From assembly GCA_033763315.1 (NCBI GenBank), contig JANRKS010000017.1, forward strand, positions 1-64,000: a stretch of 64,000 nt of DNA, in the 5' to 3' direction. Each line of letters begins with the position of its first letter. Position 1 is the stretch's first letter. Below the pieces are notes generated by a model that was not told the DNA's origin, did no database searches, and saw only the letters and a program-made list of their open reading frames with translations. The translations under genes were made by a program, and so were the position numbers. Positions 9,234 to 19,148 of this stretch are shown in pieces. Source of the DNA: Deltaproteobacteria bacterium. GTDB taxonomy: Bacteria; Myxococcota_A; Polyangia; Fen-1088.

Positions 9234-10967
9234 TTGATTCAGACGCCTCCAGGATCGACCCACATCCCGCCCCCCCGGCGCCCCGTCGCCGAAAAGGGTG
9301 TGCGCCTTCGTGCGTGGCAACGCCAGGCACTCGAAGCCTTCGATCAAAGCCCCGATCCCAGCTTCTTGGCGGTGGCCACACCCGGCGCCGGCAAAACCAC
9401 CTTCGCGCTCACGGTCGCACGCCGCGCGCTGGTGGCGCGCACAATTAAGCGTGTTGTCATTGTGGTGCCAACACAGCACTTGAAGGTGCAGTGGGCGCAG
9501 GCCGCGGAGCGCTTTGGCATTCATCTCGATCCCGATTGGGCCTCTGCCTACGGTGTGTTGCCGTCTGACGTTCACGGCGTGGTTGTGACCTACCAGCAAG
9601 TGGCGGCCAACCCGCAGGCTCTGCGACAGCTTGTGCGCGAATCGCTGGCGGTGCTCGATGAGGTTCACCATGCCGCCGACAGCCGGTCGTGGGGCGATGG
9701 TGTGCGTGTGGCTTTCGAGCTGGCCTGGCGCCGCTTGTGCCTCTCGGGCACGCCGTTTCGTTCTGACCAAAGCAGCATTCCCTTCGTTCGTTACGAAGGC
9801 GATCTCGCGTGCTCTGATTATGAGTATGGGTACGCCGAGGCGCTCAAAGATCGCTCCGTGGTTCGTCCGGTTTACTTTCCGCGCATCAATGGCCGCATGG
9901 AATGGACCGCGCCCGATGGCAACGTTTACAGCGCCACCTTTGAAGACAAACTGACGCGCGAATTGGCCAGCCAGCGCCTGCGCACCGCTTTGGATGTGGA
10001 AGGCGAATGGTTGCCCGCAGTGCTGACGCAGGCGCACGCGCAGCTGATTCATCTGCGCGGCAAAGATCCGCGCGCGGCGGGGCTTGTGATCGCGATGGAT
10101 CAAGATCACGCGCGTGGCATCGCCGAGATCCTGCGCGAGCGCACGGGCGTTATCGCCACGGTGGCCACCTCTGATGATCCTGTGGCGTCCCACAAGATCG
10201 AGCAGTTTTCAGAAGGCAACGAGCCTTGGATCGTGGCTGTGCGGATGGTGTCCGAAGGCGTCGACATTCCAAGGTTGCGCGTGGGTGTTTACGCCACCAA
10301 CACCGTGACGGACCTTTTCTTCCGTCAAGCGGTGGGCCGCCTGGTGCGTTGGCACGGCCCAACGACGAAGCAAACGGCGTATATGTTCATCCCCGACGAC
10401 CCTCGGGTGCGGGCCTCGGCGTTCACGATTGCCGAGCAACGCCGGCACAGCCTTCGCAAAAAGGAAGACCCGGATGATGCCTTTGGTGGCCAGGCACCGC
10501 CTCGTGAAGATCGCAGCGACGAAGAGCTGCCGCAGGATGAACAGCTTTCGTTGTTCACGGCGCTTTCCGCTGTGCCTTTAGATGAGCAGGGGCGGCCGCT
10601 TGACGAGAGCCGCGTGTTCGAAGACGCGGGCGAAGAGATCCCAGACTTCGTTGGCGGCAGCGCGGACCCCCCCACCGCACCGCTTGAGACAGCTTGGGAA
10701 GCCGAAGCGCCCCTGCCGCTGCCGGAACCCGAACCGGAGCCCGTGGCGCTGCCGTTGCCGGCTGGAAGCCCCTTGGCCAAGCGACGCGAATTGCGTGAGA
10801 AAAACAGCGCCGCCGTGCGCGAGCTTGTTCACCTCACTGGCAAGCGGCACGCCGACGTCAACGCCGAGCTCAACAAAAAGTCAGGCGTCAAAAGCATCAG
10901 TGAAGCGTCCATCCGCCAGCTTGAGAAGCGGCTTGTTGTGGCGCAAGAGTGGCTGCGCAAGCTTTAA
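9234..10967 (+). CDS. Superfamily II (DEAD/DEAH-box) helicase
   Basis: LRAWQ Q-motif, ATPGAGKT Walker A, DEVHH, LSGTPFRSD, MVSEGVDIPRL, QAVGR; GGAGG RBS 4 nt before TTG 9234. Confidence 0.9.
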   Translation: MIQTPPGSTHIPPPRRPVAEKGVRLRAWQRQALEAFDQSPDPSFLAVATPGAGKTTFALTVARRALVARTIKRVVIVVPTQHLKVQWAQAAERFGIHLDPDWASAYGVLPSDVHGVVVTYQQVAANPQALRQLVRESLAVLDEVHHAADSRSWGDGVRVAFELAWRRLCLSGTPFRSDQSSIPFVRYEGDLACSDYEYGYAEALKDRSVVRPVYFPRINGRMEWTAPDGNVYSATFEDKLTRELASQRLRTALDVEGEWLPAVLTQAHAQLIHLRGKDPRAAGLVIAMDQDHARGIAEILRERTGVIATVATSDDPVASHKIEQFSEGNEPWIVAVRMVSEGVDIPRLRVGVYATNTVTDLFFRQAVGRLVRWHGPTTKQTAYMFIPDDPRVRASAFTIAEQRRHSLRKKEDPDDAFGGQAPPREDRSDEELPQDEQLSLFTALSAVPLDEQGRPLDESRVFEDAGEEIPDFVGGSADPPTAPLETAWEAEAPLPLPEPEPEPVALPLPAGSPLAKRRELREKNSAAVRELVHLTGKRHADVNAELNKKSGVKSISEASIRQLEKRLVVAQEWLRKL

Positions 10968-12847
10968 GGCAAGCGCGGGGCCAACACCGGCGACAACAAA
11001 TCGGGAACGCCTTCGATGCGCTCAAGCACGGGGTATTGATGCCCCTTTTTCCATATGATCTTCTTCGTTAAGAAGAAGTCGTCATTCGCAAGCAGAAGTT
11101 CGATGGCGCCAACCTTGGGTGTGTCGGCGATGGCGCTACGCAAGCGGGCCACGGTGAAGCGGCGTCCGTTGACGCCCAGAACACGCATCGCTGGCGAGAC
11201 GCCGGCGTTCGCCGCGGCGCTGCCCAGGAGCACGTCGTTGATTGTGCCGTCTTCGGTGATGGCCAATCCGATAGAGAACAAAAGGTTCGTCTCTTTGCTT
11301 GCGGCTTCTACGGCTCGGTACGCCTTGCTTGACTCATCCTTGAACGTCAACTTCCAACCCAGCGGTGGCAGTGTTCGTTCGGAAACTTTCGGCACAACGC
11401 CATCAACCGTGCGCGCAAAGAAACCTTCCCAGTCGTAGGGTGCAACCGCCGCAAGCGCCGCCACCACATCGGCTCGATCATAGGGCACAACGGCGGGCTT
11501 GCCGTCGCTTGTGCCGTGAAAGGCTTTGCAAAAGTCGTCAAGCGATCGCGCGTTGTTGGTGGCTTTACGAATCACGGCGTCCGCCTGCAGCCACACGAGG
11601 TACATCTCGGGGTAGTAGTCGAGCCCACGGCGTGCGTTTCGCCAGTTGCGGCCGCCCGTGCCCACCAATTGCGCGGATGTGGCCACATCAGTCACAGGCC
11701 GCCAGTGCCGGCCTGCGCTGGCGTCCATACCCGCCGCCGTGATCGCGAGCAGATCGCGCGCTTCGGCGGCTGTGCGCAAGCCCGCGCGTGCGGCCAACAC
11801 TTCTCCTAGATACGTGGTGAGGCCTTCGTACACCCACAACAAGCTTGTGTCGTAAGGTTGTTGGTAGTCGCTTGTGGCCAGGCCCCGCGGGCGCCGCAGT
11901 TTCCCATTCCAGGTGTGTGCCATCTCGTGCGCCAGCAGCGACGAACGAAACAACAATTTTCCTTCATCCACCCAAGTGTCCTCAAACATGCGGTTGTCGC
12001 TGCTCTCGTGGTGTTCGAGCCCGCCGTGCGGCACTTCATCGGAAAGTGCCACCAAGAATGTGTATTGGCGGTAAGGGCGCGTGCCAAACAGCGCGTATGT
12101 TTCCGTTATCAATTTGCGGTACCCCGCCAACGTTTGCGCTTTCAACGCCAGCGCTTCGGCGCTGTCAGCCGCCGCAAACAACGTGTGTGTGGGACCACCT
12201 GCGGGCGTCAGATCCCAGCGCTTCGTGAACGCCCCTGCCAGCATCGGCGAATCGATGAACGTCTCTAAACTCGTCGCCAAAAACGTGGTGGTTTCGCCCT
12301 GGGTCGCCTTCGCCTTTAAGGCTGTGCCGAACGACCAGCCGGGGGGCCACTTGATGGAGGCAACCACCGTTACCTCGGCGGCTTTTGTGCCTTGTGGGTA
12401 GAACACAACCTGATTGCCGCGCACGATCGCCAATTGGGCAGAGGAAGACGACGGCGACAGCGAGCCACGACCGCCTGTGCCCGTGGCGTAGTCGAAGGCC
12501 ACACTCACTTCGTGGGGCCCGGGCGTCAGCTCCAACCGCACCGTAAACATGTCGAAAGGATCGCGGGTCCATGGGATGGTTTTGCCACGCTCCGAAAAGC
12601 GCAGGTTCACCACGTCGTTCAGCGGCCCCGAAGGGGCGTGTTCCCCCGGCAGCCATTTCGGGTACACCAAGGCGCGTTGGCCGTCGGTCAAGCGCACCGT
12701 CTCTTGCACGTGAACGATACGGCGATCGGCGTCCTTGGCATCAATGTCCACTTGTATCTGCGGGGACGCGGCAAGGGCGACGTTAATGGGCCCGCACACG
12801 CTCGCCCCGACCAAAACAAGCCTGCACGCTTGAAAGATCAACTTCAT
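10964..12847 (-). CDS. M61 family (glycyl aminopeptidase-like) metallopeptidase with C-terminal PDZ, exported
   Basis: YPKWLPGEH, GGLEH, AHEMAHTWNGK (HEXXH), LLWVYEGLTTY; PDZ segment (GSAAANAGV..VLGVNG); signal peptide from ATG 12847. Confidence 0.9.
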   Translation of the reverse strand: MKLIFQACRLVLVGASVCGPINVALAASPQIQVDIDAKDADRRIVHVQETVRLTDGQRALVYPKWLPGEHAPSGPLNDVVNLRFSERGKTIPWTRDPFDMFTVRLELTPGPHEVSVAFDYATGTGGRGSLSPSSSSAQLAIVRGNQVVFYPQGTKAAEVTVVASIKWPPGWSFGTALKAKATQGETTTFLATSLETFIDSPMLAGAFTKRWDLTPAGGPTHTLFAAADSAEALALKAQTLAGYRKLITETYALFGTRPYRQYTFLVALSDEVPHGGLEHHESSDNRMFEDTWVDEGKLLFRSSLLAHEMAHTWNGKLRRPRGLATSDYQQPYDTSLLWVYEGLTTYLGEVLAARAGLRTAAEARDLLAITAAGMDASAGRHWRPVTDVATSAQLVGTGGRNWRNARRGLDYYPEMYLVWLQADAVIRKATNNARSLDDFCKAFHGTSDGKPAVVPYDRADVVAALAAVAPYDWEGFFARTVDGVVPKVSERTLPPLGWKLTFKDESSKAYRAVEAASKETNLLFSIGLAITEDGTINDVLLGSAAANAGVSPAMRVLGVNGRRFTVARLRSAIADTPKVGAIELLLANDDFFLTKKIIWKKGHQYPVLERIEGVPDLLSPVLAPRLP

Positions 12848-12943
12848 GAATTCAGTTTCGCTTGGAACGGCCAGGACACAAAGACCCGTGCCTCCAAAAA
12901 GGTGAGGCAACCCCAGGGCGGCGCGCTTGCTATGCTGAGCGAT

Positions 12944-14386
12944 GTGGCAAAACCCACGGCATTGGCGACGCGGCCCGCTTTGGCTCAAGAGGCCGCGGAG
13001 AAACTCGAACGCGCGCTGCGTGGCTTTCGAGGCGAGCTCACCATCGCCGATGCGTCGGAAAAATCGGGCCTTGCTTTGCAAGACGCGGCGGGTGGCTTGC
13101 ACGAATTGGTGGCGCGCTACAACGGCCACTTAGGCGCCACCGACAAGGGCGAGCTGCTGTTTCGCTTTCCTGACGGGCTCGTCAAGCCGAACGAAGGCGC
13201 GCCTCGCTGGCTCAAGAAGGTGGGGCGCGCGTTGGCCGGTGTTGGCCGCTTCATCGTGCGTGCTTGGGTTTCGGTTGTTGTGGTGGTGTATGCGCTCGCG
13301 TTCGGCGCCATCTTGATCGCCTTGGCCGCGCGCAATGATCGCGACGACGACGGCGTGGGTGACGCAGTGGCCGTGGTGTTGCGGGTGGTGTTTGAGGCGC
13401 TGTATTGGACGTTTCATCCATTCTCACCGTTCTATCGTCCGTATGGTTTTGGTGATCGACGGGCGCGTCGCGAGAAGAAGCCGCCGTTTTACGAACGTGT
13501 GAATCGGTTCGTATTTGGTCCGCCGCCCAAGCCCGAACCCACCTTCCATGAAAAGCAGGCGCAACTTGCGGGCGAGATCCGTCGCTTGCAGGGCCGCATC
13601 GGTGTCAGCGATGTGATGCGTGTGACGGGCCTTGCGCGGGGTGAGGCGGACGCGTTGCTGTCGCGTTTGATGTTGGACTTCGATGGCGACGTGGAAGTGA
13701 CCGAGGACGGCGCCATCGTGTACGTGTTCAAACAATTGCGGCAGACAGCCTTGGCGAAAGAGTCGGCGCCGGCACGCCCATTTTGGCTTGAACGACTGGT
13801 GGCCTCGCCGATCACGGGCAACCCAATCGAGAGCAACATGCTGATCGCGGGGTTGAACGCGTTTAACCTTCTGGCGAGCGGCTACATGTTGTCGAACGGG
13901 TTCACGCTTGAACGCTTGATGTGGGTCTTAAGCCACACCGGGCGCCACTCACCGGGCTACGTGCTGGATCCGCCGCCGCCCGACGGTGTGCCGTTGGTGT
14001 TGGGGCTCGTGCCTTTCGCGTTCTCGTCCGCCTTGTTTGCTCTGCCGGTGGTGCGCGCGTTTAGGCACCGTTCGCAAGTGCGCAAGGTGCAAGCGGAGAA
14101 TGGCCGTCGCGCTGTGGCGGCCCACATCATGAAGGCTGCCGCGGAGATTTTTCCCGAGCGTGACGTGGTGGCCGTGTTCGAGCAGGGGGCGGGCCGGCCC
14201 GGAACGCCCCAGGAAATCTTGGCGGCCGTGCGATCGTTGGGTGGCGATTTTGACATTGAACAAGATCTGCCCGTGTATCGCTTCGCTGAACTCGCGCGTG
14301 AACAACGAGCGCTCGTCGCTTTGCGGGCGCAGGCCACCAAGGACGAACAAAGCGCGGGCCGTGTGATTTTCTCGTCCGATTCCTGA
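12944..14386 (+). CDS. Membrane protein resembling the cyanobacterial/plastid At5g03900-like family
   Basis: Repeated motif L..xxG.L..T..G.L..F (LVARYNGHLGATDKGELLFRFP; LMLDFDGDVEVTEDGAIVYVFKQL); FVFG motif; several TM segments. Start is GTG 12944 (or ATG 12932). Confidence 0.6.
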   Translation: MAKPTALATRPALAQEAAEKLERALRGFRGELTIADASEKSGLALQDAAGGLHELVARYNGHLGATDKGELLFRFPDGLVKPNEGAPRWLKKVGRALAGVGRFIVRAWVSVVVVVYALAFGAILIALAARNDRDDDGVGDAVAVVLRVVFEALYWTFHPFSPFYRPYGFGDRRARREKKPPFYERVNRFVFGPPPKPEPTFHEKQAQLAGEIRRLQGRIGVSDVMRVTGLARGEADALLSRLMLDFDGDVEVTEDGAIVYVFKQLRQTALAKESAPARPFWLERLVASPITGNPIESNMLIAGLNAFNLLASGYMLSNGFTLERLMWVLSHTGRHSPGYVLDPPPPDGVPLVLGLVPFAFSSALFALPVVRAFRHRSQVRKVQAENGRRAVAAHIMKAAAEIFPERDVVAVFEQGAGRPGTPQEILAAVRSLGGDFDIEQDLPVYRFAELAREQRALVALRAQATKDEQSAGRVIFSSDS

Positions 14387-14417
14387 TAAATCGCGGTACC
14401 GTCAGCGCGGTTTCGTG

Positions 14418-16754
14418 ATGCATTTGCACAGGGCTGTTCATCCTTACCTTCTGCTTTGCGTGCTGTTGGGTTTTGCTTGCAAAGATCAAAACGACGAGCC
14501 TGCCATAGCGCCCCACATCTTCGCGCCGCTGGGGCAAGCTTTGCCAGCGGCGTCCGCTGCCCAGCAACAGGCCTTTATGCGTGGCGCGCAGGTGGCTCGC
14601 CGGACGTTCACCCCAGAATTGGGCTTGGGCCCCCACTTCAACGTGGCTTCGTGTGGCGCGTGCCACGAACGACCGGTGTTGGGAGGCAGCGCGGCCCGCT
14701 ACCGCAATTTCTTGTTGGTGGCGCAAAAATCGGGTGATGGCACTTATCTGCCCTTGGGCAAGGGCGGCGTGCAGGATCATTACACTTTGGCGCCTGGTGG
14801 TCGCTTGCCCAGCGAAGCCGCGGCCAACGTCGTGGCCACGCGCAACCCCATTCCCATGTTCGGCGTTGGCTTGATCGCAGAGCTGGAAGAAGGCGAGATA
14901 CTGAGAAACGCCGATGAAAATGATCGCGATCGCGATGGCATCAGCGGCCGGCCCAACTTTGATCGCGGCTTCATCGGTCGCTTCGGCCGCAAGGCGCAGA
15001 CGGTTTCAATCGAGGGCTTTATCCGAGGACCTTTGATGAACCACCTCGGCATCACCAGCGCTCCCCTGTCAGAGGCGTCACGCGCGCAGTTGCCCGTGGC
15101 AAGCCCAAGGTTTGCCCGCGGGGCGCTGCAAGTGCAAAGCAACGACCAACGCGGGCCGCTTCTGCAAGCTCAAGCGGCCGCCCCCGACTTGCCCAACGCT
15201 GATTCAGACCTCGTGCCCGATCCAGAATTATCGGAACAAGATCTATTCGATGTGGTTTCCTTCTCAATGCTGTTGGCCGCACCGCAGCCCGACGCACCGA
15301 CGCCGGAAAGCGAAGCCGGAAGATCCGTGTTCGACCGGATTGGTTGTGCCGCGTGCCACGTACCCACCCTCAAAGGGCCGCGCGGGTCGCTGCCGCTTTA
15401 TTCCGATTTATTGTTGCACGATATGGGTGCGGCATTGGCTGATGGCGTGCAAATGGGTCTGGCATCAGGCTCAGAGTTCCGCACGCAGCCCTTGTGGGGC
15501 GTTGCCGCTGTGGCGCCTTATCTACATGACGGTCGCGCCGATTCGCTGGATGAAGCCATCCGTTCGCACGGGGGAGAAGCGCAGACTTCGCGTGAGAAAT
15601 ACGAAGCGTTGTCCACGGCGGAACAAGATCAAATCGCAACGTTTTTGTTGTCGCTGGGTGGCCGATCACAACTGACGCCCGGGCTGTTGGCGCCCGCCAC
15701 ACCGTTACCCTCACCGGGCCAAAGTGGTGCACCCGATCCAACGTTGGGGGCGGACGCGTTGGCCCAATTTGCGCGCGGCCGGGCGGTGTTCGATCGTGAC
15801 GTGGCCGCCAAGCAAGGGCTGGGGCCCAACTTCAATGGCGATTCGTGCCGCGCGTGCCATTTTCATCCCACGGTGGGTGGCGCCGGCCCCCTGGACGTGG
15901 ACGTAATTCGCCAAGGCATTCGTGATGCTAACGGTGTGGTTGCCGTGCCCGTGAATGGTTCGATGGCTCACCGTCACGCCATCACTCCGATGCGGCCCGC
16001 ACCCGATCCCGCCGCGAACGTGTTCGAAAACCGCCAGACGCCATCGCTGTTTGGCGCGGGGTTGATCGACCGCATTCCCGCCGCAGCCATCATGGGCAAC
16101 GCGGATCCTTTGGACGTCAACGGAGATGGCATCGTGGGCCGGCCCCACATGCTGGCTGACGGTCGTCTGGGACGCTTCGGTTGGAAAGCGGACGTTCCCT
16201 CTCTGCCGGAGTTTGTGCGTGACGCGCTGTCGAACGAGATGGGCCTCACCTTGCCAGCGGAGGGCGGCTTAACCTTTGGCGCTGCCGCAGATCTCGACGC
16301 CGTGGCCGACCCCGAGATGCAGGCGCCTGACATCCAGGATCTGCTGACGTTTGTATCGCGGTTGGCCCCACCGGCGCGACACAGCCGGGATCCGGCCAAT
16401 GAAGCCGCAGGGGCCATGGTTTTCGCGCACGTGGCATGCAGCGGGTGCCATGTGCCGTCACTTCCAGACGACACGGGCCAGCCGGTGGCGCTGTTCAGCG
16501 ATTTGCTGCTTCATGACGTGGCCGCCGCGGGGGCCTCGGGGATACCCTCGGGCAACGCGCGCGCCCGCGACTTTCGGACCCCGCCGTTATGGGGGCTGGC
16601 CGATACAGCTCCGTATATGCACGATGGCCGCGCCGCCACCGTTGAGGCGGCCATCGCGGCGCACGCGGGCGAGGCTGCGGCCTCGGTCACAGCGTTTAGC
16701 CAGCTGGACGCCACAGCACGCGCACAACTGCTGGCTTTCTTGTCGTCCCTTTAG
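14418..16754 (+). CDS. Lipoprotein with two tandem di-heme oxidoreductase (DHOR/DUF1111) modules, 4 CXXCH
   Basis: LGFAC lipobox; GLGPxFN..SCxACH, GRFGxKA, CxxCHVP, SDLLLHD, FRTxPLWG and YxHDGRA each occur twice. Confidence 0.85.
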   Translation: MHLHRAVHPYLLLCVLLGFACKDQNDEPAIAPHIFAPLGQALPAASAAQQQAFMRGAQVARRTFTPELGLGPHFNVASCGACHERPVLGGSAARYRNFLLVAQKSGDGTYLPLGKGGVQDHYTLAPGGRLPSEAAANVVATRNPIPMFGVGLIAELEEGEILRNADENDRDRDGISGRPNFDRGFIGRFGRKAQTVSIEGFIRGPLMNHLGITSAPLSEASRAQLPVASPRFARGALQVQSNDQRGPLLQAQAAAPDLPNADSDLVPDPELSEQDLFDVVSFSMLLAAPQPDAPTPESEAGRSVFDRIGCAACHVPTLKGPRGSLPLYSDLLLHDMGAALADGVQMGLASGSEFRTQPLWGVAAVAPYLHDGRADSLDEAIRSHGGEAQTSREKYEALSTAEQDQIATFLLSLGGRSQLTPGLLAPATPLPSPGQSGAPDPTLGADALAQFARGRAVFDRDVAAKQGLGPNFNGDSCRACHFHPTVGGAGPLDVDVIRQGIRDANGVVAVPVNGSMAHRHAITPMRPAPDPAANVFENRQTPSLFGAGLIDRIPAAAIMGNADPLDVNGDGIVGRPHMLADGRLGRFGWKADVPSLPEFVRDALSNEMGLTLPAEGGLTFGAAADLDAVADPEMQAPDIQDLLTFVSRLAPPARHSRDPANEAAGAMVFAHVACSGCHVPSLPDDTGQPVALFSDLLLHDVAAAGASGIPSGNARARDFRTPPLWGLADTAPYMHDGRAATVEAAIAAHAGEAAASVTAFSQLDATARAQLLAFLSSL

Positions 16755-16902
16755 GGGGCACCCCCCAAGAGGCATGTGTTCGTTTGTTAACTTAAGGCCC
16801 GTTGCCGTGTGCAACGCGACCGCCACCAACGTCCTTGTCCTTGACGTCGGGGCCGCTTCGGATTGATAAACCTTGCCTTACACCTATCTCAAGGGGGACC
16901 CC

Positions 16903-17178
16903 GTGGCTGCCGATCTCGCGCAAAGCGCACCTAAACACGACGAAAACGCTTCACGGAACGCAAAGTACGGCCTGTGCCTGTTTGCTGTGTATCTGGCGTT
17001 CTATGGCAGCTTTATGGGTCTTAACATCGCTGCACCTCAGTTGATGGCCTCGCCATCGGTGGGCGGCGTGAACTTCGCCATCGTCTACGGGTTTTGTTTA
17101 ATCCTGGCGGCGTTCGGCTTGGCGCTTGTTTATATGTGGCTTTGCTCGAAGCGCGGCATTCCGGAGGTGAGCCGATGA
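16903..17178 (+). CDS. DUF485 (YjcH-like) small membrane partner of ActP
   Basis: Two TM helices, GVNFAIVYG motif; overlaps the actP start (ATGA); AAGGGGG RBS before GTG 16903. Confidence 0.85.
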   Translation: MAADLAQSAPKHDENASRNAKYGLCLFAVYLAFYGSFMGLNIAAPQLMASPSVGGVNFAIVYGFCLILAAFGLALVYMWLCSKRGIPEVSR

Positions 17179-19121
17179 TCTATGAAGCCTCAAAGATCGC
17201 GGTCGCGATCTTCTTGTTGTTCGTGGGCATCGTGCTCGGCGTGAGTTTCTTCTTGGGGCGAAAGGCCCAGTCGGCGCAAGGGTATTACGCGGCCCACGGC
17301 CAAGTGCACTGGTTCGTCAATGGCGTGGCGTTCGCTGGCGATTACCTTTCCGCTGCATCATTCCTTGGGATCTGCGGCATGATTGCGTTTTACGGCTACG
17401 ATGGCTTCTTGTATTCCATCGGTTATCTGGCCGGTTGGATCGTGGCGCTGTTTGTGGTGGCCGAGCCGCTCAAGCGCTTGGGGCGCTTCACCTTTGCCGA
17501 TGCGTTGGACAGCAAGTTCAATTCACGCGGCATCAAGATCGCGGCGGCCATCAGCACGTTGGTGGTTTCGATCTTCTATTTGATCCCTCAGATGGTCGGC
17601 GCGGGCGCGCTCGTTAAGCCTTTGCTTGGCTTTTCGCACGTGCAAGGCGTGGTGCTGGTGGGCGTGGTCGTGATGATGATCGTGGTGATGGCCGGCATGG
17701 TGTCCACCACGTGGGTGCAATTCATCAAGGGTTCTTTGCTGGTGTTTTTCTGCGCGATCTTGACCGTGATGATCCTCGCGCGCGGGTTTTCCACGAAGGC
17801 GCCCTCTGGCCACGAGTTTCAAACCTTGCCGGCCACAGCGTTTGATAACCGAAGCGATGTCACCATATTGCCTGCCACCGGCGCGTGGGCCACCAAGCCT
17901 TACGTGCGCGTGCAGGACAAGGCCACGAACGTGATTTCGGTGTGGCGCAAAGAGGGCGGCTCGCTTACTGAAACACAAACCGTGGCGGCCGTGGCGAACG
18001 CCCACACCGGCAAGACCAGCAAGCTGGTCAATGGTTTGCCGCAAGGCCGCGGCAAGGGCCAAACCGATCTTTATCCTGTGGGCACCGTGCGCAAGCTGCC
18101 AGGCGGCGCGAACGAAACGGGCGGGCTCGGCTTTGCCAGCTTCTTCTCCACGCTGCAGAACAGCGAAGTTTTGCTGTGGGGCAACGAAAAGATTGTGGAG
18201 AAGCAGGGCGACGAGACGATCGAAACCACTGTTTATTTTCAAAAGCCTACGGCAGGCAGCAAAGTGTTGGTGCCGGGCGCCAGCCCCACGTTTGCGGGTC
18301 TACAAAACGATAAGTTCTGGCCCAAAGTTGATTTCCTTTCGTTGATGTTGGCCCTGTTCTGCGGAACCGCCTCCTTGCCGCACATTCTGATTCGCTACTA
18401 CACCGTTAAGGATCAGTCGGCCGTTCGTAAGAGCACCGTGGTGGGTATCGGCAGCATCGGCTTCTTCTATGTTTTGACGCTGTTCTTGGGGTTGGGTGCC
18501 ATGACAGGCGGCACGCTGGACGTCACCAATTCAAACATGGCGGCACCATTGTTGGCGCGCTCGTTCGGCGAACTGCCGTTCGCGGTGATCTCGGCGATTG
18601 CGTTCACCACAGTGTTGGGCACCGTCAGCGGGCTCATCATGGCGGCAAGCGGCGCGGTGGCTCACGACTTGCTCACAAATGTATTCAAGATGGACTTGAA
18701 CGACTCGTCCAAAGTGCGCGCCGGCAAGATCGTGGCCGGCGGCGTAGGCTTGGTGGCGATGTTGTTGGGCGTCCTATTCGAGAAGATGAACGTCAACTTC
18801 CTCGTGGGTTGGGCCTTCAGCGTGGCCGCCTCTGCAAATCTGCCGTCGTTGGTGATGTTGCTGTTCTGGAAGCGCACCACCAAGCAAGGCATCACCGCCG
18901 CCATCGTGGTGGGCATGGTTTCGTCGCTGAGCTGGATCTTGCTTTCGGCGCAGGCCTACAAAGACGTGTATGGGTGGGACCCGGCCCTAGCCATCACCAA
19001 GTTTAGCCAACCGGCCATCGTGACAATCCCGCTTGGCTTCCTCACGTTGATCGTGGCTTCGTTGCTCACGCAAAAGGCGCCGGTGCGCCAAACGCAGCCT
19101 CAGCCTCTGGCGTCGGCTTAA
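17175..19121 (+). CDS. actP: Cation/acetate symporter ActP (SSS family) with a large soluble insertion
   Basis: NGVAFAGDYLSAASFLG, GYDGFLYSIG, YLIPQMVGAG, TTWVQFIKG, GTASLPHILIRYY, SAIAFTTVLGTVSGL, AASANLP. Confidence 0.9.
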   Translation: MIYEASKIAVAIFLLFVGIVLGVSFFLGRKAQSAQGYYAAHGQVHWFVNGVAFAGDYLSAASFLGICGMIAFYGYDGFLYSIGYLAGWIVALFVVAEPLKRLGRFTFADALDSKFNSRGIKIAAAISTLVVSIFYLIPQMVGAGALVKPLLGFSHVQGVVLVGVVVMMIVVMAGMVSTTWVQFIKGSLLVFFCAILTVMILARGFSTKAPSGHEFQTLPATAFDNRSDVTILPATGAWATKPYVRVQDKATNVISVWRKEGGSLTETQTVAAVANAHTGKTSKLVNGLPQGRGKGQTDLYPVGTVRKLPGGANETGGLGFASFFSTLQNSEVLLWGNEKIVEKQGDETIETTVYFQKPTAGSKVLVPGASPTFAGLQNDKFWPKVDFLSLMLALFCGTASLPHILIRYYTVKDQSAVRKSTVVGIGSIGFFYVLTLFLGLGAMTGGTLDVTNSNMAAPLLARSFGELPFAVISAIAFTTVLGTVSGLIMAASGAVAHDLLTNVFKMDLNDSSKVRAGKIVAGGVGLVAMLLGVLFEKMNVNFLVGWAFSVAASANLPSLVMLLFWKRTTKQGITAAIVVGMVSSLSWILLSAQAYKDVYGWDPALAITKFSQPAIVTIPLGFLTLIVASLLTQKAPVRQTQPQPLASA

Positions 19122-19148
19122 GGCGCGCACAACGTGTCCTTGAATCCG

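Noticed and set aside
8847-10193. 448-aa minus-strand ORF
   Set aside because: Antisense shadow of the helicase; no motifs; typical of high-GC DNA.
12392-13129. Long N-terminal extensions making 12392..14386 and 10964..13129 overlap head-to-head
   Set aside because: Starts at 12847 (signal peptide) and 12944/12932 remove the overlap.
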